A stretch of DNA of 64,000 nucleotides, taken from NCBI RefSeq assembly GCF_964204645.1, contig NC_134025.1, forward strand, positions 22,858,299 through 22,922,298, in the 5' to 3' direction. This stretch comes from Tubulanus polymorphus (Eukaryota; Animalia; Nemertea). The notes beneath the pieces were generated by a model. It ran no database searches. It was not told where the DNA came from and saw only the letters and a program-made list of their open reading frames with translations. Position 1 is the first letter of the stretch. Every line of letters begins with the position of its first letter. Position numbers and translations under genes: made by a program. Shown here piece after piece: positions 1-13,700 of the stretch.

Positions 1-570
1 ATCTCACCGACACAAAGATGAAGAAAATGATCTTACACGACTTACGTTTCAATCACTCGCGCGCGCTCACACATGTCAATTTTTCCGATAGATCTCCGGT
101 TTTAACAGTTACACAGATGGTCGCAAAGAACAAATACATCATCGCGGTAATAAATGAATGACAATATGTCATCTGTAATAACTGTTTTTTATAGTATATC
201 AATACATCTATATATATGCAGTTAAGAATGATGGAGAACTGTTGTTCGTAGGAGTAATATTATTACGCACGTATTCACACATTTTAACAACTCTTTAATA
301 ATAAGCAACCTCTCGAGATTGTGTAGTAATGTATTCGATAAAAGCTCTTGTGTCCTTTTTTTCGCGTTATTCTCCAGCAGATATGATCAGTTGATTAACG
401 GTTTTTTACACGATGACGTCGATATCAGCATCCACACAATGAGCCGGTCGTCTGACGTAAAGATAAAGTGTTTTTATAAAACAACAATCACAGCCTTGAT
501 TCGTCTATGCATATGTCATTAATATCAGCAACTACACGCATAATTATTGTACCGGTGTCCGAATGCGGCT

Positions 571-3500
571 TCATATTTTGCCTTTGCTCGCCAACTTTTC
601 TTTCTGCGAAAAGAAACAAATACTGATACTATGAAATCTTTGTGATGAATAAACGTTTTTTTGGCAAATGTTTCACGTTTCAATCAATTTCAATGCATCT
701 CTTTGCATTTTTACTATGGTTTAACTTCGAATTGTGCAATCAAATACAAAATCACATTCAGTAAATATCCAATTTCACGATAAAGATATCGACAGCCTGG
801 ACTAAGTTCCACAGTTTAAATTTGAATGGACACAAATTAGTTCTTTTGATTAGTCAACTCTAGGGTCGAATCTTATCTCAACTGTGGAACTGGATCTTGA
901 ACTTTGGTAGTAAGACTGCTAAAATATGAAAGCAGGTGATAGATATCAGATCTGAAGAATTCGGTCTCTTACCAGGCCACCAGACGTTTTAGTTTTAACG
1001 TTAGTGATCGACGCTTTTCGTTCTTCTCGTATTTGCTGAGCTTTCTTTTGGCTAGCTTTCAATCTGTCAAAATGAGATATGACATAGGTGATAATTACAC
1101 ACAGAATGTACATGAACATATGAACAAGAAAACTCAAGGTCCAGGGGCACCATGACCACTTGGTGAAATGCTTGACAATCATTCACCCCCTGGTGAACAT
1201 ATACCGATATCAATGACCTTGAAACGTGTAACAACCATAGAACATGTCATGCGCTGCAACTTAACAATTGATTGTCGTTTTAAGATACGCAGGCTGAAAT
1301 TAGTAGATTAGTAGGCTGAAAATGGCTCATCAATGTTAATATTTTTCTTACTTTTCTCTCATCACTTTGGCTTGTTGCATCTTCCACTTATCCTTGAAGT
1401 CAGTGCTAAACAATATCCAAAATCCGAAGAACTCCTGCGGCACCATATCAGGCTTACAACTGAAGTACGCCAATATTTGCTCGAACCTAGCAACAACAAA
1501 AAATATCAGAGTAGATGAATATACCCGGTATATCAAATATTCACAGGACACAAAAAAGAATGAAAGCTTACTTTTTCAGGGACTCCTGCAAACTGTCTTC
1601 TTGATCTTTGAGACTCTGCTTAGCTGAAATTAAATGAAATCAGATCAATCTCCTATTTATGAATCTATATCTTAGGTTCATTGATTATAAGATGAATACA
1701 GTATTAATAATGACATATTATATATAGAGTGATCTTATAGTATCCTTATTAGCCTATCTATCTCTAACCATGCTGGGTCACCTCTCATCCAAAGTAAAGT
1801 GATATCTGAGCTACTACTAGCACTTACTTCGAGGGTTAGTTTCCAGTTCCACAGTTAATCATTAGTGTTCAAATTGGTTCTTTTACAACTTCAATTTAGA
1901 GTCACTGTGGAACTGTGTCCTGGAGTCATTCATCATGCCTTTTACCAAACATGATCACTAAAGCTGTCTATTTCAACATACCTTGTTCTAGGAAGAGTGT
2001 CATATTATCTTTAAACGGCTGCAAATTGTCTTCATCGGCGGCTTCAATCACCTTTTTCGTCCGCCGAATGCAGCCTTCAAGATCACCGTTTATCTTCTTC
2101 AGGTCGTTTTCGATTTCCTCGAAGTCGACTAACGAGGCTTGACGTATGTCACTCGGTTCGGGGATAGGAAGATGCGAGTTCTCGGTACCGGCATCGTTGT
2201 CGTAAAGATCTACATACTTCGCTACCAAGTACTGCAACAAACTGACCGTGTTCGTCTGAAATGGAGCAGAACTGCGTATTAGATTCAAATTGGGAAGTGA
2301 ATTAACATTGGGGCCCAGGCCCATTTTATCTTCGAGAATTGGGATTTATCAAAAAGAAGAACTCTAAAGTTCCAGACCAAACGTTCTTCCATTTTAGAGT
2401 ACAAAGATCTTATTCACAGCGCACTGACTGATTGGCAGCCAGGGCGAACTAGTGGTCAGAACTTATCACCAAATTCGTATTAGTTCAGTTGTATCGCATT
2501 TCACAGTGTTGGCCATCTTAGAACTAGTTCCAAACTGCAGCGACCATGCTCAATCCCGAAGTCGACTTTTTTCGGACTATAGTTCCGACTAACTGACATT
2601 CGGTTTTACTTAGTTCGCAAATAGAGGACTAACTCCGATAACCGAAATTCGCCCAATATGACGCGTGCGAACAACACGTGTGATGTCTGTGAATAAGGTA
2701 TATAAAGACAGTCTTACCTTACTCTTCACATCCTTTAATTTACATAATATTTCTAGACCAAAACCGTCTGCCTGGCCTCGTTGATGACTGCCTGCAGGAA
2801 TAAATACGAATCCATGCAAATCAATCATCAAAATCATTTCATTAATTATCGGTCTATGTGAAATTTTGAAATGGAACAACAGCCTACCTGCATTCATGTA
2901 ATTTCCATACGCGAGAATCATTGACAGAACTCTTTTCACACCAACACCACTCATTAATGTCTGAAATTGGCAAAATCTTTCTAGTTACCAATAACCAGTT
3001 GTAAGATTTCATGGAGCAAAAAGTACATGTAGTAACAGACAGCTATAGAATTGTAACACAAGAACCATACGGACATTGTAGCCAGGGGCCAGTTGCACAG
3101 TCGTGACTTAAGTCAAAAAGTGGTCTTAAATCTTAAGACTGGTCTTAAGTTGTTAGATTGGCTTTATAACTAAGTTGGTCTTAGACTGGTCTTAAGTCTA
3201 AGCCATGACTATGCAACCGGCCCCTGGTCTTAATAGTTATCGACACGCATAGGCTACCTAACAGGAATCAATACCTGGCAGATCATTTTTAAGTTGTTCA
3301 GCTTGTTATCGATGCCGGCGATGCTATCAGAAAATGTGGACTGGAATATGAAGCAGAACATACGATCTGCGCAGCATGGAATCTGAGACATCCCGTGAAG
3401 AAACCTGCAATACAAACGAAATATTCCACTTTATCCATCGACTTAAAAATATGGAAGTATGTACATTCTACAATAATATTTAGTACCGTAAAGTATACAG

Positions 3501-6500
3501 CTATTGTAGGCTACTTGAGTCGGTGGATGTTTATCCACATTATTCATTAGTTCATTATAACGTTGCTTCTATCAAAATTATCCAAATCAAAAATATACTG
3601 AAGTAGAATCTAATACACATTAACACAGCACTGCGGTCATTTTTTCATAGCTATTTCTGTTTTCTCAAGATTGAATCAATTCCTTTTTAGATTCTTTGAC
3701 ATTCTTATCTTTTGCAGTATGTTAATGTCCTTTTCTCTTTGAACAATGTATGCCCATACACGTCATTTTCTCTCCTGGTCTGACCCAATGAACACTCTTA
3801 ATAGGTCGATCTCATTCATGTCTAAGGTCATGAAAAACAGATGAAAACTTACATCTCAGGTTTATCAAGTGGAATTTCAGGCTTTTCTTTCACATGTTTG
3901 TCAATTTTGCTAATCTCGGCCGCGGTACTACGCTGAAAAAAGGAGTAGGTTTATCAAAATTAAATTGATTACATACAGCAGATGCGCCGAGCTTGAAATG
4001 TAACTACGATTCATTAGATTCAGCATCAATTAGATAGTGCTGCCACCTGGAAGCTGATTATGTTACTATCTCGAACATGGCAGCATAATTGGGGACCATA
4101 TCATAAGAATGCAAAACTTACCAATTCATACAATGACTGAAGGTGTTCCTGACTTAAAATCGAGGCATCATAATTCAGGATTGCTATAATAATGGAAGGA
4201 TATTAATGATTATTTAGTACATGAATTAGAATTGTCTCCTTAAACCAAACAAAGTAATCTTAAGTTAACTAACCACTCTGCAGGTCATGCATTTCTATGC
4301 GTAAACTGGTAACAAATATCCCGATAGCTTGTGACCTTTTACCATCTAGAAGTTTGGCAACCTAGTAATAAAGAACAATAAATTTCACAAATTTCTGAAG
4401 GAAAGCAATGAAATAGTTTTGTTGCCAAATTCAACTCCGAAGATACTACTAAGTTACCTCCTTGGTTTTTGGTTTTTCAGATTTTTCTTTAACTTCTTTC
4501 TTCTTGATTTGACTAGGCTTACTGAACAAATCGGAGAATTCCTCTTCATTGAAATCAACATCGGGGATCTTCTCCCACACAGGCGTTGGGGGTCCATCAA
4601 CAGCATCGGGTCTACAAAGAAATATATATCAACTACGATCTAGTATACCTGAAGAAATGCATATCAATTGAACTATTTTCTTGGATTTCTTACTCTGGAG
4701 ACAATTTGGCTGGTTTTGTCGGTTCAATTTGGATCCTTCGCCAAAACAATGGCTTCATCGGGAATAACGAGTGAAGAATCGGTTTTCTTGCAGCTGAAGA
4801 GATGAAGAAATTCAGGAATTAAGAGAATTTTCTTAGAAAAATCTACACTGAAGCGATTAAGAGATGATAAGGCTAGAGGATAAATCATGTTTGCATACCT
4901 GTTTTTGTAATCATCGGTGGAGCAATTCCCAGCAGAGATGGCGGTGGAGGGGGTGGTGGTGCTCCGGGAGGAGGTGGTACTCCGGGAGGGGGAGGTGGAG
5001 GTGGGGGTATCCCAGGTGGCGGAGGGGGTGGTGGAGGCACTCCAGGCGGGGGAGGTGGTGGTGGTGGAGGCGGTGGCGGAGGTGGTGGAGGAGGGGCTAC
5101 CGGAACTGGCGGTGGTTCTGGAACTTTTTTCGTAGGAACGTCCGCCGGCGCGTTTTCATTCTCCGTCTCATTGTCTTCGTCGCTGGTCTTTTTTTCGTCC
5201 TCATACTGCTCAGCCATCTGTCCGTGTTTGGCCGCTTTCGCCGCTTTGGCTCGCTTCATTCTCTCCTTCTCTTTTCGCTTCAACTCCTTGATGTACGCTT
5301 TGCGACGCTCGACGATCGCCTCGTCCTCCGAGCTCGATTCGTCGATTCCGATCAACTCCTTCACGATCACCGATTCCAGCTCGCCGTGGATCTCTTCAAT
5401 GTCGCTCGTATCGGTGCCGACGTTCACCGTCTCTTTTTTGTCCGATTCGAACGAGCTGCTGTCGTTTCGGTCTTGAAGCTTCTCGAACTTGTCCTTTTGC
5501 GACAGCACTTCTTTCTGGCCGGCGGCATCGCTGGTCATGCCGGTGTCGTCGTCGTTCCACGCCTGCTTCAGACTTTCGATTCCGGCGAGAATTTTGTATT
5601 TCTCGACCTGATGCTCGAGTTGATCTATACGGTCCTCGTATTTACACAAACGCATCGCTTGTTCGCCGCGCAAATTGAAAAGCTGTAACTCGTGTCCTTG
5701 CTGTAATACAACAGTGACGACAAACAATGATTAGGCATTACTCACTGGGTGTAGTGAAAGAACAGTAACACCGACTAGTATGATTAATAACGTCATTTTC
5801 GACGCACATATGCTACCATTCATCTATAGATATACCTATAGAAAATAATATCTTAACTTATCACACATGATTTCAACGATCATCAATTAGAAATACGGGT
5901 TTTCAGAAATAATGACGTCGAGTCACACTTTTTCCGATCAAGAACAGCTTAATTTATTTCATCGAAAACAGTTGCTCAGCTGCTGGACTTACCAAGCGCA
6001 AAAGCAGTATACATAAGAGTACATACATTTTGATACACTAACCGACAAAAAAGAATCTTTTGTCGTCCCGTTAATTTGTAAAAGATTCGATTACGCCAAT
6101 TTCTGTGGGAAAATACAGCACTCGGCAACACCTTCCCATCAGAAAAATAATCATCTTATTGGCAATTATGTGTACTTTATGCCTAATCGATACAGTCTAG
6201 TAGGTGGGCTTTTTTCGAGCATTGGTAATGATATCTATGCAGTACTCGGAGGTATTTATCCCGAATAAACGAACACGAAAAAAAAAGCATTATGAACCTT
6301 GTGTAGACTGTGACGAAAAAAACACATTTGAACATTCCAGGTTATAATTGAATAAAGGAATGAATAAGATCGCATGTACACTTACTTTAAGAGTTTCGAT
6401 TTCATCTTTGAATTTCTTTTTAACGCCCAGTAAAATGTTTTGATGGTCTAAAAATGGAAAAAATTACAGATTTCTCAACAACCTCTGTCGATAGTAGAGA

Positions 6501-9500
6501 AAAAAATTGCATTTCGATAAAATCCTTTCCGTCAGTTTTTAGTAAGTATGGTTATGTGTATAAAAAGCATTTTAACCCAACAGTGACCGCCTGAAGTGAT
6601 CCCTATAGTATTAAATGATGGATATATGCCAGCTCATCTTTCTAAATCTAATCATTCATATCACAAAGTACTGCATTACATGCCAATCTCACAGTTTTTT
6701 CAATCATTAGTTTAGAATACGTAAGACAAAAATGTCTGAACCGGCAATTGTCATCGTATTAGATATACTAGAAACTATATCATGCAATTAATGAAAAAAT
6801 TAAGCTTTTCGATAAAAAATTCTTTATATCGTCAATGAATCGAGCAATGGCCTTTGCAAAGAGCCAACATGCATTTTGTTGTATATCATAGTACATATAC
6901 ATACCATCGAAAGATAATGTAAGCATTTTATTATCTGTCAACGAGAAGAAATAACCGTGACTGTGACAAAATTTCGCAAAAAGGAAATTCGTAGTTTTTC
7001 TAACAAAAAAAAATTGGTTCGATGTGTATTGTTAAGACTAAGGATAAAGACTTCTCAATCAGTACCGGAAAACATAAATTTACAGTCACTCAATGCTACT
7101 GAGTAAGAAGTCGACTAGATCTTCCCAGGGCTGTACCATTTGAATTGCAGGGGGGCAGAGAAACCCGAAAAAGGGTACCGGTAGTTCTATAGGATACAAC
7201 TTGCAAAAGGGGAACTTCCAATATTTCTAGGGGGTCAACTGCCCCCTGCTAAAATACGGCCCTGCTTCCCGGCTGATGTAAAATAAGTTAAAAATCTGAA
7301 AACCATACCTTCTTCAGAATATTTCAAAGCCGGTTCATCTGATTCTTCGATCAACGTTTCACACAACTTTCCCAATTCTCCAGCGGGCGCCCAAAAATAT
7401 ACACCATCCGTCTAGAAAACAAATTTCGGATAATTGATGGAATTATTTTTTTGATGATTTTATGATCAGACAGAAATTTCGCCCTATCATGACCTGTTGG
7501 CACCTAAATAATCCATAAAAACATGCCGATCTATGTCATTGATATAAATCAATATTTTTTAAGCAAATCAGCAATTTTTTTGACACCGTAAAAAACCGTT
7601 ACAACAATGTTTATATACATTGATATCTAGTAGGCCTATGTGTTATATGAGGGGTTCTATGTGAGTCGATGTACACTATGTCATCAATATTAGCGTTTCA
7701 AAATTACAATTGTAAATTTTGGCATTTATTCTGTAACTAAATATATTTCTTTATTTCATTTTCGATCAATTTTGATAATTATTTTTTGAGAAGATGTGCA
7801 CTACATCATCAATATTGGTATTCGAAAAAAAAAACAATCACAGTTATAATTTTGGCGTTTATTATGTAATTAAATATATTTCATAAATGTTATTCTATTT
7901 TTCATAAATTTCAAGAATTATTTTTTGACAGGATGTGCACTACGCCATCATCGGGGCTAGACTGATTGCAGGTCAATTCAAATCAGTTATTGATACATTC
8001 AAATCAAAAGTAAGTTTATTGATCCTTATCATATAATCTATATTACATTTATCTATATTTATTGTTGACAATATCAAGCAATAAACCGGTATGTGTTATT
8101 TTTCAAGCCGTCAATAAACTTTCTCAAGTTAGTTTTCTAGTGCTGTTGTATTTTTTGTATGTTGCGGTATATACAAAGATGTCATACGGAGCTTAAGCTA
8201 GGGACACACGAGCGTATTTTTTCGCCCGATCGCGACGATTAAATTCGCCAGCGATTTCGCCGACGAATTTATACGCCCGATACGAGCGGGCACACGTAGC
8301 GATCAAACCAAAATTTGGTCAGCGACTGTTACTTAGTGGGAGAGAGTTAACGAATCACATGATATCAACAATGCATCCTATTGGTTGATAAAAATGGATC
8401 GCTCGGCGAAATTTGCTGAGTGCGGGCAGACGAACAAATTTGCGGGCGATCCGATCGCCGGCGAAAATAATCGGGCAAAAATCTCAAACATGTTTGATAT
8501 GGGCGATTCGCCGGCCGATCGAGTTGGCCGACGAAATCGTCGTCGCCGTGAGTGGCCACACGAGCGAATTTTTCGGGCGATTGATAAATTCGCCGCGATC
8601 AGGCGAAAAAATACGCTTGTGTGCCTACCTTTATATGCTCTACAATCAAGGCCCGGCTATCAATGGCTACCCGTTATGATAAATCAAACGAGCTAATAGC
8701 TTCAGAACGTTGCACAATACGAAATACTAAACCTGGTGTACAAGATGGTGTTGCATAGACTAGGGAGGGCCGATTAATTATAGCCGCGATCACACGGAAA
8801 CGATTAGGCCCGGATCAGGCCCGTGCCATAATTGGCCCGCACCTAATCAGAGGGCACGTTCACTTGTAAACCGCGATACTAAACAATTCTTAAACAAAGC
8901 GAAGTGAGACAGGTCCAGAACCAGTTGCAATATGACCAATGCTAAAATTTGGCTCGTGTCTGGTTTAATGTTTTTGGTTGGGTAGTTAATTTGGCATGGG
9001 CCAAAAATACACGTGTAATTGCGGCTTATGGTAAGGTAAAAAGGACTAGAGGTCCAGGGATACCATGCTCACTTGTCAAGTGGTCTGAAATGCTCAATAA
9101 CTTCAATATTCAACGCCCTTAAAGAATACCGTATATACAGAAACCAGTTACCTAGAAATTCACCACAATCATAGAACTTGTCATAAGCTACAACTGAACA
9201 TGGTAACATAGTATAGTATACATTATAGATCCCAACATAAAGGGAAATACTACATAATTTCACTATTCAACGCCCCTGGTGGGCCAATTGGGGCGATTTT
9301 TGGGCAGCAAATGCGTTTAGGGTAGATACATACATCAACCAAATATCAAGACCATATACATCAAAGTGTGCAGAAAACTTTCCCAGAAATCAAGATTCTG
9401 TCTAATAACTGAACGACAAAAAGTGAACATCACAGCCCGCTGGGACTTAGGTCCAAAGTGGGCTCAATGATTATGTGATGAAATAGCTAACGAGTTCGAA

Positions 9501-10742
9501 AGCGAATCCGATTTCACACATAGAAACGCAAAACATCAGCAGTATCAGCTCATCCCTATCGAAAACGCAAAAACTAAGAGGGATAAAAAATTGGTTCTTA
9601 TTATCTAGGACCGGCGCGATATGTCGATGGCGAAAGAGATAGAAATCACTACCAGTTCAAAAAGCATACCGGGAACGCAGTTTGCCAGTTAATCATTTAG
9701 TTCGCTTTTCGCGGTGGCTTTTATTTTAGACAGGACGCGTCCCGCGGGATACGACGACGGGCGCATTGCACATCGAGAGAACTCTCAACGATCAGCCCTT
9801 TCGAGTCGTACCAATTCGAATACCGTTACATTTCGCCGGGGCTAATTATCAGATGACGCTGTCGACGTTGTTGTAGTAGTATCAGTAATCTAGTCGACTG
9901 CGTAGTAGACAAATATTAAGCAGTTCGTCGAAAATTATCGTACATTTACATTATCTAATTGGATCGTAAAATCTATTATATGATTCACCGATACGATTTC
10001 GCGTGTGTCGTCGTCGTCGGGCGGCGGTATCAATTCTCGACAACGACGCGCATATGAAATAGGAACTTAACGTCCATGAAATATATACACGCGAGTTCTC
10101 GCACGCTGTAAATAATTCCGTATCAACTATATATATCTACATACATACACCGGCACATTTCTGAGAACAGATGTGACAATTGAATTAAAATATCATCGCT
10201 CTCCAGCGAACGAGTGTTCGGTGGTGTAGTTATCCATTCGGCGGTATTGTCGGGATGTGGCGGATCGACGAATAGCCGAATCTCCTCGGGAACCCAATCA
10301 TTTACAGACGACCATATGCCATGTATATCGCGATGTAAAACTTGTACTGTAGCCTACGTGCGAAAATAGGCCTATCATAGAGTGGCGACTTTGCACCAAT
10401 TTACAAATTCAAAACAAAGTTTTCCCTGATTTTTCCTTTATAACGAGAAATTCCCCGAGTACATCGTGCGGAATTTTAGAATGTAACATTTTAGTCATTA
10501 TAGTAATTTTAGTCATTTGGTCAATACACGTATCCGAATTTCCCGAGTTTCACAACATTTGTCAAATTCCCTGAGTTTTCTCTTGATTTTTTGTAAAAAA
10601 GATTTTTCCGATTGCCAGAGTTTTCCAGGTCGGTGGTCGCCCCCGTATGATTTCAGCGTTACGAAACCCGATCATCTTGAATATACGAATATAAGACAAG
10701 TTGATAGATTGCACGATTATTAATACATATACGCGTGCTTAA

Positions 10743-10780
<38 letters not shown>

Positions 10781-13700
10781 CAGGCAGACATACAGCAGTA
10801 GCATCATCGGAAGCTGCAGGCTATCAATGATCGACACAACATATCTTTCGATAATAATGATTTTTCGTCGGTTCAAAACATTGGATGATTCTATCCGTAT
10901 CATGAAGACCACTTATTATGAATGATGAATGAATGACCTGTAACATAGCTAGCTAGCTGCTTTACAGAGGAAAATCTATGTCCAGAGTCGCTATCGTTGA
11001 CTACGGTACATTTATCATCCGTGTATTATATCATAAAAGGGCTTGCATTTGTTGTTCGGAGTCAAGACCTTAAGTTGAAAGAGCGCTCTGACCCGATCGA
11101 TCGGATTGGTCTTAATTCATTAGAATATGCTTAAGAAACTTGATACTACGTTTTCTCAAGGTAGCAATTGATGGCACACCCAGTGTGAAAATGCTACGAT
11201 CAGGCAGTTGGAATTCCCATAAAGGTAGTGGGCCTCAGACCATAAGAAATGCAGTAGGCTAACGAGATTATGACCAAATTTGTTGGGAACAATTTTAGAT
11301 CAGAATATGATAGAAGAAATTATAAACAATCCAAAGCCCAGTCGCACAGTCGTGACTTGGTCCCAAAGTGGTCTTTAATCTGGTGGTTTGGTGGTCTTTG
11401 GTGGTCTTTATACTGAACCGAAGTGGTTTTATGCAAATTGCTAGATTGGTAATAATAGAACCAAGATGGACCCACTTCAAGCAAATCAATTCGATAAAAG
11501 CAGCGACTTACCCTAAATGTCTGCCTCAAGTCTAGCGATTCGTCCACCGATCTGAGAACGCCGAGCGCAAGAAGATGAGTACAAAACTGAACGCACATCA
11601 CCCGAAGATCTTGCTCGGAAAGCAGATAAAATAAGTAATTGCCCTCATCCAAAGCGGACAATAACCACAGAATCAAAATGCCTCCTGAAATTAATAAAAA
11701 CGTCATTACTGCAAACTGAAATAAGGCCGTGCAAATACTGCCTCAAAGGACGTGATTTATGATTTGCAGAAATGTAGGCAGGAGAATTGCAATGGAGTCA
11801 AAATTGCATTGATATAATATGAAATACATTCTAATTGACATGACATGGTTTCACTCGAGAATGTGACACACGATTTTTTCTTTAATGCGAAAATTTTTAT
11901 CAGTAATCAAGAAGGTTTTAGATCTTAAATGAAAAAGCTTACCTTCAAATTTCTTATGTTTTCTATAATCCAACTCGTCCGGTATATTATCCGGCCATAA
12001 GACGTTGTCTTCAACCGAGCCGCGCCGGCCCGGCTTACGCAATATCGACTTCAACGGCGAACCGCTCCTCACCGTTTCGCCTTTAACGTCCTCCAACGAC
12101 CGACTGCTGACGACTTCGCTCGCGCGGAGCCGCCGACTACGCGGACAATCCAACGTTTTACTGGAATACTGGTCGCGCCTCGACGACGAAGCGAGTCGCA
12201 GATCGTCCTGGCTTTTGCCGTGGTGTCGTCGATGGTGATGTGGCACGCCTTCGCTGCAACGCCGAGACTGCGCGGCCGCCGACTGGTCGTACTCGTGCGA
12301 CACGATATCCGGCACGTCGACCGAATGACTCTTCATCTGTAAAAGCTGATGCTGACTGGCTTTGTATCGCGATGGCGACACTTTCGGCGACAACGGTCGT
12401 TCCGTATAAACGGCCGATGGCGATTTCGGGTAGCTCGGCTGCGGTTTATTCACGAATACTTCGCCGGTGATTGTCACGACGGTTTTCGGCGACGGCAAGC
12501 GTTTCGAGTCGGGTATTGGTTTGATGATGCCCTTGTTCGGCGACGGCGACCGATCGTACTGGACGTCTTTATGAAGTCCCAACATCGCCGGCGAGCCGTC
12601 GCCGCGTCGATCGCCCTGCGACCACGCGACCGGCGAGCGCTTGTTCGCCGGCCGATCGAATACGGGCGAACGCGCCGACGCAACGCCGCAATCGTACGAC
12701 ACCGGCGAACGCCTGTCACCGGGCACCGGAGAACGCAAGCCCGGCGAACGACTGCGCGGACTCTTATAGCCGTCGATCGTCAGATCCTTCACGTCATCCG
12801 CGTACGATTGTCGATCGATTTCGTACGCGGACAACTTCTTATCGTAAACCTGCTCCATCGAATCCAACGATTTACTGAACCGCGGACCGGTACTTAGTAA
12901 CTGTTCGTGAGCTGCGACGGCGGCTGCCGCGTGGTCGAACACGTCCTCGTGATACGACATCGAATAACTGCGCGGCGATGTCGACAATTCGGTTTTCGAA
13001 CTCGATAAAACCGTCTCGTATAGGCTACCGGAACTTTTTTGTCTCTTTTCGTCGCCGCTCAGAATACGCGACGTCGTTATCGGGTAGGACGCGACGACTT
13101 TGTGGTGTTTCGCACCGGCCGGACTACTGCCCGCGTCGACGTCCGACTGACTAGAAACGTCTTTGGCACTGATACCGCTGTCCATACTATCCGCCTTCGA
13201 CAACGACTCGTTAATCGTCTCGACGACTTTGCGGTCTTTGTGTTGGGCGTCTAAATTCGACACGATCAAATTCGGATCGGATCCGGACATCATCAACGCT
13301 TCGTCGCCGGTGCTCGACCCGCTCGTCAGATCGGGCGACATTTCCGACGAACTGTGCAAGTCTTTCGTTTCCTGCAGCAGCGATTTTCGACCCTCCGGAC
13401 GCGAAACGCTACCGTGTACGCCGCCAACTCCGCTGTCCGGCGTTTTCGGCGGACTCGGTTTCGGAGACGTTCCCTTGACTTCGTCGACGATCTTCTTCGT
13501 CGAGAACGAAACGGCGGGTGAACTTACTTTCAATTCGACGACGCCGCTCGGTTTTACTTTGCTAGCATCGCGATACACATCGAATTTCTGGTGACCCGAT
13601 TTCGGAGACTTCGGCGATTTCGGAGAATTCGGGCCTTGATCTTTATGCGATACAGGTGGCGCTATCGTATTTTTCGACGACGATACTGGTGAAGCATTTT

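Noticed and set aside
4612-4650. Upstream minus-strand acceptor TTCTTCAG at 4649 for a formin exon
   Set aside because: Reads into TAG within five codons; the 4612 acceptor gives the correct FH2 frame.
4864-5688. Plus-strand Arg/Trp-rich 274-aa ORF and overlapping ORFs
   Set aside because: Antisense shadow of the formin FH1 exon; GGN repeats suppress stops.
8365-8696. Three overlapping ORFs
   Set aside because: Lie within a palindromic GC-rich MITE; no transposase motifs.
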